From: Nitrospirota bacterium
Lineage (GTDB): Bacteria > Nitrospirota > UBA9217
Direction: 5' to 3'
DNA: 64,000 bases
Assembly: GCA_963749655.1 (NCBI GenBank)
Contig: CAVVOB010000020.1
Location: 40,854 to 104,853 of the forward strand
Shown: positions 8,422 to 18,029 of the stretch, piece after piece
Layout of the letters: each line of letters starts with the position of its first letter
Numbering within the stretch: the first letter of the stretch is position 1
Position numbers and translations under genes: made by a program
The notes under the pieces: generated by a model
The model's database searches: none
Seen by the model: only the letters and a program-made list of their open reading frames with translations
Told to the model about the DNA's origin: nothing

Positions 8422-10923
8422 TCACGAGATATGCATCGGGCTCTTCCATTGATCATTGTCCCGGTAAAACATGGCGACCCGTCTGGTTCTGACGAGTGTG
8501 CCCTGCTCCTGGCTGATGCCGAACAGCTGTTCGATCACATCCTGGATGCGCGGCTTGACCTGGTCCCGATCGATGAGCGTGATGCGCAGCCCCGAGGCCC
8601 CGTCTTGGCCTGTAGTTTCGATGGCTTCGATTCCCGGCCTGATATCCTTCTGCTTCCCCTCTTTTGTGACGATCACCGATGTGCGCGCGAGCATCTCACT
8701 GATACGCTCCGCAGTCCTGCCTTGGTCCTGCTCCGGCGCTTGAGCTTCGTAAACATATCTGCTGATGCTGCCTGAAAGAGACGGCGCTTTCATCGGGACG
8801 GTTCGCGATTCGAGAATCCGCACGTCCTTCGGCAGGGTGTTGTTCAGGGCCCTTGCGATTTCCGCGGGATCTGCAAAGGGACTGGTTTCCATGTCGAAAA
8901 ACTCAGAATCGCTCTCTATACCGACAGGCAATGCCGGGCCGAAGGATATCCGGGGATGGGGATTGAACCCCTGCGAGTACATGATCGGCGTCCCCGAGCG
9001 GACAGCGGCGCGGTGCACCATGGTCATGAAGTCGAGATGGGAGAGAAAGCGCAGGCGGCCCGTTTTCGAGTACTTCATCCTGATCCGAACGGCAAGGTCG
9101 GGCAGCTGAGCTTTGGTGCGTTCCGGGACCGGGACCGGCCTGTCCGGTGTTTTGCCGCCTTCTGCAACAGCAGGTTTGCCGAGCGTCGCGCTGCCGCCGT
9201 CAGCACATCCGATCCCGCAATGGACGCAGGAAACGCGGCAGTTGTCGGATATTTCCGCAGCCAGGGCCCGGTTGAATTCGTTCTTCAGGAATTCGCCGGT
9301 GACTCCTGTCTTAACGTAGCTCCAGGGAAGTTCTTCCTCCAGGCTGAAGGTCCTGCAGGCGTAGGCGGCAGGGTCGATGCCGCAATCCGTAAAAATTCCG
9401 GTCCACTTTCCGAAATCGAAATGCTCTGTCCAGCCGTCGAACCTGCAGCCCGCACGCAGGGCTGCCTCAATGACCCTTCCGAGTGTCCGGTCGCCACGCG
9501 CGAAAGCGCCTTCGAGCAGGCTTGTTTCCGGATTGTGGGCCTTCAGCGCAATGCCGCGTCTGCGCAGCCCTTTCGCAAGGTAGGCCTGTTTCGCGCGGAC
9601 CTCGTCGATAGGCGCCTGCGCCAGCCATTGGAAGGGAGTATGCGGCTTGGGCACAAAAGTCGAAACGCTCACGTTGATCTGAATATGCCTTTTCGAGACC
9701 CTCTTGCCGAAGTTCAGGATTTCATTGGCGATCCGCACGATTCCGTCCAGATCCTCGTTCGTTTCAGTCGGCAGGCCGATCATGAAGTACAGTTTCAGAA
9801 CGTTCCACCCGTTCTGAAATATGGTCTCTGCGGCGTCCAGGAGATCGAGATCGCTCACAGGTTTGTTGATGACGCGCCTGAGCCGCTCGGTGCCGGCTTC
9901 GGGCGCAAGGGTGAATCCGGTCTTGCGCGTGCCGGCGATGGCCTTGATCATCTCCGGCGTAAGCGTGCCGACGCGAAGCGACGGGAGAGAAACCGAGACG
10001 CGGCTTTCCCGGTGCTTTTCCATGAGCTCGATGACGAGGGGCTGGATCTCGGAATGGTCGCCGGAGCTGAGCGAGGCCAGGGAAAGTTCTTCGTACCCGG
10101 TGCAGCGGAGCGATTCCTCCAGCAGCCCCTTGATCCGGTCCGCGCTCCGTTCGCGGTAGGGGCGGTAGATGACGCCTGCCTGGCAGAACCGGCATCCGCG
10201 TATGCAGCCGCGGGCGATCTCCACGGTCACCCGGTCATGGATCGGCTTCATGAGCGGCAGGAGGGGGGCGTCGGGATAGGGAGCGGAGTCGATGGATTTC
10301 AGAAACCGCCTGCGCACAGTCTGTTTTCCGAGGGACGGTACGAAAAAACCGATCCGCTTCGACAGTGCTTCGAACAGGGCATTTTTCGAAGTGTGCTGCT
10401 GGCGGAGATCCACGAGTTCCTGCACCGCTTCCTCGGCCTCGCCGATGAAAAAAACGTCGATAAAATCGGAAAGGGGCTCGGGATTGACGGCGCAGGGGCC
10501 GCCCGCCACGATGACGGGGTGGCTTTCATTGCGTTCCGCAGAACGAAGAGGGATGCCGGCCAGGTCCAGGCCCGCCAGCACGTTCGTGTAGGACAGCTCG
10601 TACTGCAGTGTGAAGCCGACAAGATCGAACGCAGCGACCGGGACATTCGATTCAAGGCTCTTCAAAACCTGTCCTGAGTCGCGGAGTTTCTGCTCATAGT
10701 CCGGCCAGGGGGAGAAGACCCGCTCGCACACCGTGTCGGGCCGCTTGTTCAGGATGTGGTAGAGGATGCGCAGGCCGAGGTGGGACATGCCGACCTCGTA
10801 GGCGTCGGGGAAAAAAAGGCAGACCCTGGTCGCAACCTGCGCGTGGTCCTTATGGACCGCGTTGATCTCGCTGTTGATGTACCGCGCCGGCTTTGAAACA
10901 AGGGGAAGAAAATCTTCGTACAC
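8422..10923 (-). CDS. radical SAM protein fused to a DUF2344-like C-terminal domain (TIGR03960/TIGR03936-type architecture)
   Basis: 833 aa with a CIRGCRFCQAG (CxxxCxxC) cluster motif and the N-terminus MYEDFLPLVSKPARYINSE typical of this family. The C-terminal 230 aa resemble DUF2344. Confidence 0.8.
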   Translation of the reverse strand: MYEDFLPLVSKPARYINSEINAVHKDHAQVATRVCLFFPDAYEVGMSHLGLRILYHILNKRPDTVCERVFSPWPDYEQKLRDSGQVLKSLESNVPVAAFDLVGFTLQYELSYTNVLAGLDLAGIPLRSAERNESHPVIVAGGPCAVNPEPLSDFIDVFFIGEAEEAVQELVDLRQQHTSKNALFEALSKRIGFFVPSLGKQTVRRRFLKSIDSAPYPDAPLLPLMKPIHDRVTVEIARGCIRGCRFCQAGVIYRPYRERSADRIKGLLEESLRCTGYEELSLASLSSGDHSEIQPLVIELMEKHRESRVSVSLPSLRVGTLTPEMIKAIAGTRKTGFTLAPEAGTERLRRVINKPVSDLDLLDAAETIFQNGWNVLKLYFMIGLPTETNEDLDGIVRIANEILNFGKRVSKRHIQINVSVSTFVPKPHTPFQWLAQAPIDEVRAKQAYLAKGLRRRGIALKAHNPETSLLEGAFARGDRTLGRVIEAALRAGCRFDGWTEHFDFGKWTGIFTDCGIDPAAYACRTFSLEEELPWSYVKTGVTGEFLKNEFNRALAAEISDNCRVSCVHCGIGCADGGSATLGKPAVAEGGKTPDRPVPVPERTKAQLPDLAVRIRMKYSKTGRLRFLSHLDFMTMVHRAAVRSGTPIMYSQGFNPHPRISFGPALPVGIESDSEFFDMETSPFADPAEIARALNNTLPKDVRILESRTVPMKAPSLSGSISRYVYEAQAPEQDQGRTAERISEMLARTSVIVTKEGKQKDIRPGIEAIETTGQDGASGLRITLIDRDQVKPRIQDVIEQLFGISQEQGTLVRTRRVAMFYRDNDQWKSPMHIS

Positions 10924-10930
10924 GATGACT

Positions 10931-10998
10931 CCAGGGTCCGGGGTCGGGGTCCAGGGTCGTTTTGATTCCTGGACCCTTGCTGCCGGACCCTTGCCCCT
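10931..10998. repeat. G-rich/C-rich imperfect hairpin of the GGGTCC/GGACCC family (gene-less)
   Basis: Left arm ccagggtccggggtcggggtccagggtc, right arm cctggacccttgctgccggacccttgcccc. GGGTCCGG (10934..10941) pairs with CCGGACCC (10983..10990), and GGGGTCCAGG pairs with CCTGGACCCT. It fills the rodA-to-radical-SAM intergenic gap. Confidence 0.7.
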
Positions 10999-11005
10999 TA
11001 GGTTT

Positions 11006-12136
11006 TTAGTAGAACAACATGAAGCGCCGTGCCTGGATATTCAAGAGCAGGCCGAGGGCGAGGAATGTGGCGATTATGGAGGTGCCGCCGTAGCTCACGA
11101 GGGGGAGCGGCACGCCCACAACGGGAACGATGCCGACCGCCATGCCGATGTTGATGAATACGTAGAGCGAGATCATCGCCACGATGCCGGCGGCCATAAG
11201 TACGCCGAGCCGGTCCTTGGCGTTCCTTGCCGTGTCGACGCCGATCAGCAGCAGCGACAGATAGAGGACCACGAGAAGGCTCGACCCGATGAGGCCGGTC
11301 TCCTCGGCGATGACGGCGAAGATGAAATCCGTGTGGCGCTCGGGCAGAAAGGCCATCTGGCTCTGCGTGCCCTTGCGGTATCCTTTTCCCGAGATCTGGC
11401 CCGAACCGACGGCGATCTTTGACTGATTTGCATGGTACCCGCTTCCGAGAGGGTCGGAGCTCGGATCGATGAAGGCCTTGATTCGGTTTTGCTGGTAAGG
11501 CTTGAGCGAGCCCCAGATCTTGTGGCGGACCGGCGGCACGGCGAAGACCAGCGTGGCGACGACGGCGGCGGTGAGAACAACGAGCATTACCGAGCGGAGG
11601 CGGATGCCTGCGATCACCACGATAAGGGTCGAGGTCAGAAGCAGCATAAGCGCTGTGCCGAGATCAGGTTGTTTCAAAACAAGGACCAGGGGCACAAGAA
11701 CCATGGCGACCGGGACTGCGAGATCCTTCAGATCGTACTGCCCCCGCTTCGGGTCCTCGGCAAAATACCGCGCAAGGGCCAGGGTAAGCGAGAGTTTGGC
11801 AAGCTCCGACGGTTGAAAAGCGAAAGGGCCGATGGCGAGCCAGCGCTGGGCGCCCATCCCTGTTCGTCCGAAAACCATAACAAGGAGCAGGAGCACGAGC
11901 GACAGTGCGTACAGGATGTAAGCAAAGCGGCCGACTGTATGATAGTCGGGAATGAGCGCCAGGAACATCGTAAGTACGCCGAGGGACACCCAGACGAGCT
12001 GCTTGGTGAAGAGCGAAGAGGGACCCCGCGCAGTATAGGTGGCGCTGTAGACAGCGGCCAGACCGATGCACGCAATGGCCGCGATCAGGGCGATCATGCC
12101 CCAGGGCAGGTTAGCGAACCATCTTTGACTCAGCAT
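11006..12136 (-). CDS. rodA: rod shape-determining protein RodA (SEDS family)
   Basis: 376-aa polytopic FtsW/RodA/SpoVE-like sequence located after the PBP2 gene. Confidence 0.9.
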   Translation of the reverse strand: MLSQRWFANLPWGMIALIAAIACIGLAAVYSATYTARGPSSLFTKQLVWVSLGVLTMFLALIPDYHTVGRFAYILYALSLVLLLLVMVFGRTGMGAQRWLAIGPFAFQPSELAKLSLTLALARYFAEDPKRGQYDLKDLAVPVAMVLVPLVLVLKQPDLGTALMLLLTSTLIVVIAGIRLRSVMLVVLTAAVVATLVFAVPPVRHKIWGSLKPYQQNRIKAFIDPSSDPLGSGYHANQSKIAVGSGQISGKGYRKGTQSQMAFLPERHTDFIFAVIAEETGLIGSSLLVVLYLSLLLIGVDTARNAKDRLGVLMAAGIVAMISLYVFINIGMAVGIVPVVGVPLPLVSYGGTSIIATFLALGLLLNIQARRFMLFY

Positions 12137-13922
12137 TTTTCAGGTACTCCTCAATGACTCTTCTGGCCACCGGCGCCGCGGCTGAGCCGCCGTGGCCGCC
12201 GTGCTCGACCAGGACGGCCACGGCGATCTTCGGATGGTCGACCGGTGCATAGGCGACAAACCATGCGTGGTCCTGGGTCTCAACAGAGAGTTTTCTGCCC
12301 GGGATTTTTTGTGCAATGACCTGGGCGGTCCCGGTCTTGCCGGCGACCGTAGCGATCGGCGTCAGGGCTCCGTGTCCGGTGCCGCCGGGCTCTGCAACGA
12401 CGCCGGCGAGACCCCGGCGGATTTCCTCGAGTACATTGGCATCAAGCTTCATTCTCCCCTTGCGTTCGGCAGGGAACGTGTTGACCACCCCGGTCTCCCT
12501 GTTTCGAGTCTGCCTCAACAGCATGGGCTTGTAGAAAAATCCGCCGTTCGCAACAGCTCCGATCATCTGACAGGCCTGGATCGGACTCACGAGGACGAAT
12601 CCCTGGCCGATGGAGTTTATGTACGTGTCGCCGGGATACCAGGGCTCGCCGGTCCGTTTTTTTTTCCAGGCCTCCGTGGGGATCAGACCCGGCTTCTCGT
12701 CGGGCAGGGGGACGCCCGTCAGGCTGCCGAGGCCGAGTTGCCTTGCATATTCGGCAACGCGGTCAAAACCGATTCGTTCGCCCATCGTGTAAAAGTAGAC
12801 GTCGCACGATTGGACCAGGGCATCGTGGAACGAGATCTGCCCGTGGCCGCCTTTTTTCCAGCAGCGGAACGTGTGCCTGCCGCTCTGAAGGAAACCACGG
12901 CAGGAAATTTTTTCGTCGAGGTTGATCACCCCCGTTGCGAGGCCGGCAATCGCCACGACGATTTTGAACGTCGACCCGGGCGGGTAAACGCTCTGGATCG
13001 CCCGGTTGTAGAGGGGGTGCGCTTCATCGTTCATCAGCCGCACCCAGTCCTTGGGCGAGATGCCCCGGGGGAACAGGTTCGGATCAAAGTTGGGGTGGCT
13101 GGCGAGAGCGAGGATCTCCCCCGTGTTCGGGTCCATCGCCACGACTGCCCCGGCGCGCTCTCCCAGACCTTCTTCGGCCGCCTTTTGTGCGTCGAGATCG
13201 AGCGTCAGGTAAACATCCGTGCCGGGCCGGGGTTCCTCGATCCCGAGGTCCTTGACCTTTCTGCCCGCAGCGTTCACCTGGATCATGCGTCTGCCCGCAG
13301 TGCCGCGCAGATATTTGTCATAGATCTTTTCGATGCCGCCCTGGCCGATCAGAAGACCCATGTCGGTCTGGGACTGTTTCCTCTGCGCCTGGGACACCTT
13401 GCCGAGGTAGCCGAGCTGGTGAGACGCCAGGCCGCCATAGGGATAATGCCGGCGGTGCTCGGGTTCGACAATCGTGCCGGGAAGCTCTTCCTGGTGAGCC
13501 TCCACGACGGCCACGTCGTTCCAGGGTGCCTCTTCCACCAGCTTGACCGGATCGTATTTGGACCTGACTGCCGCAGCATCATTCAAGGCAGTGCGAATCG
13601 ACTCATCGTTGATGTGAACGAGGGAAGTTATCTTCGCGATCGTGCTTTCCAGTTCCGGAGCATCCTCGGGCACGAGCGAGATGTCGAAGGTGAGAACGTT
13701 TTCGACGAGCGGCCTGCCGTTGCGATCGTAGATGATGCCCCGGGGCGGCCGGAGCTTCACGGGCCTGATCCGGTTGCTTTCCGCCTGTTCGTAATAATAA
13801 TCGCCCCTGATCGCCTGGAGGTACCAGAGCCGGATCAGGAGCGCAACGCAGAACAGGATGATATAGACCGCAAGCAGCGGGAGCCTCTTCTGAAGATCGG
13901 TCGCTCCGTCCTGCTGGAACAT
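12111..13922 (-). CDS. mrdA: penicillin-binding protein 2 (transpeptidase)
   Basis: STFK (SxxK) and KTGTA motifs, an N-terminal TM helix, and a position between mreD and rodA. Confidence 0.9.
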   Translation of the reverse strand: MFQQDGATDLQKRLPLLAVYIILFCVALLIRLWYLQAIRGDYYYEQAESNRIRPVKLRPPRGIIYDRNGRPLVENVLTFDISLVPEDAPELESTIAKITSLVHINDESIRTALNDAAAVRSKYDPVKLVEEAPWNDVAVVEAHQEELPGTIVEPEHRRHYPYGGLASHQLGYLGKVSQAQRKQSQTDMGLLIGQGGIEKIYDKYLRGTAGRRMIQVNAAGRKVKDLGIEEPRPGTDVYLTLDLDAQKAAEEGLGERAGAVVAMDPNTGEILALASHPNFDPNLFPRGISPKDWVRLMNDEAHPLYNRAIQSVYPPGSTFKIVVAIAGLATGVINLDEKISCRGFLQSGRHTFRCWKKGGHGQISFHDALVQSCDVYFYTMGERIGFDRVAEYARQLGLGSLTGVPLPDEKPGLIPTEAWKKKRTGEPWYPGDTYINSIGQGFVLVSPIQACQMIGAVANGGFFYKPMLLRQTRNRETGVVNTFPAERKGRMKLDANVLEEIRRGLAGVVAEPGGTGHGALTPIATVAGKTGTAQVIAQKIPGRKLSVETQDHAWFVAYAPVDHPKIAVAVLVEHGGHGGSAAAPVARRVIEEYLKNAESKMVR

Positions 13923-14435
13923 TTACAGCTCCTTCTGAAGGTCTCGTCTCTTCAACATGGCGACAACGCCTTTTTTGTTGACAAAGCGAAGCACCACGAC
14001 GCCGAGAACGCCGGTGTAGAGCGCTTGAGGCAGGAATCGGGTCCCCACGAGACTGAAAAAGGGGACATCACCGTAGGTCACCTGGAGGAAAAAGGTGATC
14101 AGAAGGCCCTCTGCAAAGCTGAACAACGCAAGAAACAGAACGATTGCCGGACTGGTGATATCGAGCACCCGCGTGCCGAGGATGCCCACCGCGAGTCCTG
14201 TCAGCCCCCGGGTAAATCCTGAGAACCCGATCAGACTGGCCGAGCCGATGTCCTGAACGAGGCCGATGCCGACGCCTGCAAGGGTCGCTTCGACCGGGCT
14301 GGTCAGCAGTCCGATGACGAACAGCACGGTAAGGGCCAGGTCGGGTTTGATGCCGCCGAGGGAAAAAGGGCCGAGCAGAGTCGCCTGGAAGGGTATGATC
14401 AGCAGGAGGACCGTGATATAGACGCGCGGCTTCAT
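13923..14435 (-). CDS. mreD: rod shape-determining protein MreD
   Basis: 170-aa polytopic membrane protein directly after mreC. Its start overlaps the mreC stop. Confidence 0.8.
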   Translation of the reverse strand: MKPRVYITVLLLIIPFQATLLGPFSLGGIKPDLALTVLFVIGLLTSPVEATLAGVGIGLVQDIGSASLIGFSGFTRGLTGLAVGILGTRVLDITSPAIVLFLALFSFAEGLLITFFLQVTYGDVPFFSLVGTRFLPQALYTGVLGVVVLRFVNKKGVVAMLKRRDLQKEL

Positions 14436-15238
14436 TTCACAAGCACCAGTGCTTCTTCGAGGCGGGACAAGCTTACGGCGGGTTCCGCAATAACGGTCTG
14501 AAACGCCGCTGCTTCGTGCTTCGATACTTTTACGACCGTTGCCACGGCAAGGCCCTTCGGATAGACCCCGTCAAGGCCCGATGTGACCAGAAGGTCGCCT
14601 TCCTGTATGTCTGCATAATAGGAAACATACTTCAAGGCGCAATTAACCAGTTTTCCCTCGAGGAGCCCCTCCTCGCGGTTCCGTTGGACCCGGACGGCAA
14701 GCGTGCTGCCGGGATCGGTAAGGAGAATTATCTTTGCCGTACCCGGAAGGACAGCCTGCACTTTTCCTACCACGCCCGTTTGAGAAATGACCGCCATGTC
14801 TTTCGCAACCCCGTCGTCAGAGCCCTTGTTGATCGTGACGGTGCTTGATGCCGGGGACAGCGTTTTGCCGATGACCTGGGCCATGACTGCCGTCGGCGGC
14901 TGGATCTTTTTGAAGTTCAAGGCATCCCGCAGGCGTTCGTTCTCGCTCAGCAGCTCACCTGCGACCGCGTTTTCGATCCGCAGGCGGTCGATCTCATCCT
15001 GCAGCCTCTGGTTGTCGCGCTCGGTGTTGACCAGGAAAACGTAGCTTTTGCCGATCGAAACGACGGTGTTGAACGGCCAGGCGATGATACGCTCCAGAAA
15101 TCCCGATATCGCCAGGACCGGTTTTTCCAGAAGCGAAAAACGACCGTTCTTCACCTGGAGGGTAAGCATCCAGAACAGGACTGTGAAGAGGAAGAGAATG
15201 ACAAATAATTTTTTATGCCTAACAATAAACCCGTTCAT
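14432..15238 (-). CDS. mreC: rod shape-determining protein MreC
   Basis: N-terminal TM helix, a coiled-coil (LQDEIDRLRIEN) and a beta-rich C-terminal domain, downstream of mreB. Confidence 0.9.
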   Translation of the reverse strand: MNGFIVRHKKLFVILFLFTVLFWMLTLQVKNGRFSLLEKPVLAISGFLERIIAWPFNTVVSIGKSYVFLVNTERDNQRLQDEIDRLRIENAVAGELLSENERLRDALNFKKIQPPTAVMAQVIGKTLSPASSTVTINKGSDDGVAKDMAVISQTGVVGKVQAVLPGTAKIILLTDPGSTLAVRVQRNREEGLLEGKLVNCALKYVSYYADIQEGDLLVTSGLDGVYPKGLAVATVVKVSKHEAAAFQTVIAEPAVSLSRLEEALVLVK

Positions 15239-15366
15239 CCCGCAGTGCCGTTTCGGCGGCTACCCCCGGTAAAGATCGTCCGGCGCGTTCCAGCGGGCGC
15301 CATGGAGCTTGATACCCCGCATGCTGATCCGATTGTTCATTCGCAATACCGTCATCACCGGCAGGG

Positions 15367-16392
15367 TTACATCATGACCTTTTTCAGAATTTCCTCGTCG
15401 TCAAGGACCTTGCCGGCTCCCAGCGCAACGCACGTGAGGGGGTCCTCGGCGATGATGATCGGAAGGGATGTCTCTTCGCGCAGGAAGACGTCCATCCCTT
15501 TGAGGAGCGCGCCGCCTCCGGCCAGAACGATGCCCTTGTCCACAATGTCGGCTGAAAGCTCGGGCGGCGTGTTCTCGAGTGCCAGTTTGATGCCGTTCAG
15601 TATCTGGCTGACCGGCTCCGCGAGCGCTTCACGCACTTCATCGTCGTCGAGGATCAGCGTCTTGGGGATGCCGGAGACCAGATCGCGGCCCTTGATCTCC
15701 ATGGTCTGGCGCGAGCTGTCGGTTTTGTATGCAGACCCCAGCTCCATCTTGATCTGCTCGGCCATCATTTCGCCGATGAGCAGGTTGTATTTTCGCTTGA
15801 TGTAGTTGATGATCGCTTCATCCATCTTGTCGCCGCCGACACGGATGGCCTTGCTGTAAACGACGCCGTCCATGGAGATGACGGCGATGTCCGTCGTGCC
15901 GCCGCCGATATCCACGATCATATTGCCCGATGGCTCCGAGATCGGAAGGCCCGTCCCGATCGCCGCGGCAACAGGCTCTTCGATGAGATAAACGTCACGG
16001 CCGCCCGAAGAAATGGCAGCGTCCTTCACGGCCCTCTGTTCCACCTGGGTGATGCCGGAAGGGACGCCGATCACGATCCGCGGCCGCATGAAGGACTTCC
16101 GGTTATGAACCCGCTGGATGAAGTATTTGAGCATTTCTCCCGTGTAGTCGAAATCGGAGATGACGCCGTCTTTGATCGGCCGTATGGTTTTTACATCGCC
16201 GGGCGTGCGCCCCAGCATCCGTTTTGCCTCCATACCGACCGCCAGGACCTTGCCGGTCTTCGCTGATATGGCAACGACGGACGGCTCGTTGCACATGATC
16301 CCCTTGCCCTTGACGTACACGAGCGTGTTCGCCGTGCCGAGGTCGATGGCCATGTCGTTTGAGAACCAGCCCATGATGGAATTGATAAACAT
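15367..16392 (-). CDS. mreB: rod shape-determining protein MreB
   Basis: [14 protein letters not shown] and a full actin-like fold sequence. ATG 16392 was chosen over the upstream TTG 16404; the start is uncertain by 4 codons. Confidence 0.95.
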   Translation of the reverse strand: MFINSIMGWFSNDMAIDLGTANTLVYVKGKGIMCNEPSVVAISAKTGKVLAVGMEAKRMLGRTPGDVKTIRPIKDGVISDFDYTGEMLKYFIQRVHNRKSFMRPRIVIGVPSGITQVEQRAVKDAAISSGGRDVYLIEEPVAAAIGTGLPISEPSGNMIVDIGGGTTDIAVISMDGVVYSKAIRVGGDKMDEAIINYIKRKYNLLIGEMMAEQIKMELGSAYKTDSSRQTMEIKGRDLVSGIPKTLILDDDEVREALAEPVSQILNGIKLALENTPPELSADIVDKGIVLAGGGALLKGMDVFLREETSLPIIIAEDPLTCVALGAGKVLDDEEILKKVMM

Positions 16393-16515
16393 TGTCAGCA
16401 ACAACTCCTTTCGCGATGTAAAACCTGATCAGAGCGGGCAACGGGACCGGTCAGCCGCGCCGGAAGCGGCAATGCCCGAAGTCCGCAGAACTTATTGATT
16501 GATGCCGGCGTTTGT

Positions 16516-17001
16516 TCATTCGGCGGTATGTGCCGGAGCCTCCTGTTGCTCAGGAGAAGCCGGCGGATCGGACTGCCTCGTCTGCGGGTCGTGCAGTGTT
16601 CCGGCGAGATCCCGGGTAACCACGGTGCGCGCAAGCAGATCGCCGATCCGCATGCCGCGTTCATCGCCGAGGGCGGCCAGGCCTTCTGCGCCGATGATCA
16701 GCAGACCGAAGATCCAGCCTACGTAGGGGATCAGGAGGAGAAGATATGCAACGGCGAAAGTTACATTCCTGATGATGGATTCCCGGTAGGACGCCGTCGG
16801 GCCCGTCTCGTCCGCTGCTGCAATCCGGAGCCCGATGATTTTCTTCCCCAAACTTCTTCCCGTGAACAGACCGTCTCGGGCGAGGATGTATCCCGTCGCG
16901 GAGAGTATTCCGAGAACGTCGGGAAGACGCGCCAGGCCGATGATGATCAGGAAATCAACAAATCCTGCAATCGCTCTGGTTGTTAGGTCCGCCCGCTGCA
17001 A
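16516..17001 (-). CDS. RDD family membrane protein
   Basis: An R..AG.VD pattern (RAIAGFVDFLII) and RDG...SLGKK are typical of RDD domains. Three TM segments. Confidence 0.65.
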   Translation of the reverse strand: MQRADLTTRAIAGFVDFLIIIGLARLPDVLGILSATGYILARDGLFTGRSLGKKIIGLRIAAADETGPTASYRESIIRNVTFAVAYLLLLIPYVGWIFGLLIIGAEGLAALGDERGMRIGDLLARTVVTRDLAGTLHDPQTRQSDPPASPEQQEAPAHTAE

Positions 17002-17463
17002 GAAGCCTCCTGATTGAAAACCGCTTCATACTATCAGAATGACAGGGCTATTTCAAGGGTAAAAAAGGGCAAAACACGCGAACAGATCGCCGTCGCAACA
17101 TGTAGGGGGATTTCTTCCCGCTGGTTTCGGCCGGTTTTTGTCCGCTTCTCGACCGTGGTCCGGCATTGTGCCGCTCCTGTTATTGACCATCAGCTCTTTG
17201 CCGCGGCCGCTTTGCTTTCTCTCTTCCAAAGGTATGCCCGATCAGTGCCGGGTAGGGGGCAAATACATGATAATAAGGGGGTCTTATTTTCGAGAAAATG
17301 AATTAGAGCTTTTCTTGTTCAAAAGGTGTATTATAGTGAGTCCGGTTCATCGCGAAGAGACAGAGTAGAACATTCCTATCATGATTTAAAAAATAATCCG
17401 TTTTAACAGGTATCCGGTTAAGAAGACAGAAACGTGCCCAAGAGGGGCAAGAAGGAGAATCGT

Positions 17464-17865
17464 ATGCTTGACAGACACTCAGCGGGTGACAATATCGCGT
17501 CCTATTGTACGAAATGCAAGCTGAACCTTGACCACGCAATCGTGGCAATGGACGGAGAAACGATTGTCAAGGTGAAGTGCAAGACCTGCGGCAGTACGCA
17601 TAAATTCCGGGACCCAGCGGATGTGAAAAAGCCCCGCACTGCCAGGAAAAAAGAAGATGCTGCGAAGGCGGCTGAAACACTGTGGGAATCCAGCCTCGCG
17701 ACGGCAAAAGGCAAGGAGCGGTCCTACGACATGGGGGGCAAGTATCGTGTCGGCGACGTGGTGCTCCACAACACCTTCGGCAAGGGCGTCGTCCGGAAGA
17801 TTTACCTGAACAAGTGCGATGTTCTCTTTAAGGATAAAGAGCGTCTGATGGCTTCGGCGAATTAG
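17464..17865 (+). CDS. hypothetical zinc-ribbon protein with basic linker and small beta-rich C-terminal domain
   Basis: ATG 17464 with AAGGAG 7 nt upstream. CTKC...CKTC four-Cys ribbon, and a C-terminal YRVGDVVLHNTFGKGVVRKI segment. Confidence 0.5.
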   Translation: MLDRHSAGDNIASYCTKCKLNLDHAIVAMDGETIVKVKCKTCGSTHKFRDPADVKKPRTARKKEDAAKAAETLWESSLATAKGKERSYDMGGKYRVGDVVLHNTFGKGVVRKIYLNKCDVLFKDKERLMASAN

Positions 17866-18029
17866 CGCTCGAACCGGGAACCGAACGCGGCGGTTCGGAG
17901 AATAAGGATCGGATAACCACGAAGAACATGAAGGCAAATAAGCGGAGCGGAGAACATGAGCCTTCGTGATCTTCGTGGTACGAGCCGTCAGGCTTCTTCC
18001 CGGCATATCGCGGTAATCCTCAGCATTTC

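Noticed and set aside
8956-10677. 573-aa ORF on the + strand
   Set aside because: It is antisense to the radical-SAM gene, which carries the CxxxCxxC motif.
12192-14222. 676-aa ORF on the + strand
   Set aside because: It is antisense to mrdA/mreD, which have clear motifs (STFK, KTGTA). It is a shadow ORF.
17014-17301. 95-aa + strand ORF in the RDD/zinc-ribbon intergenic region
   Set aside because: It has no RBS, low-complexity Arg/Ala/Val content and no motif. I treat it as non-coding.
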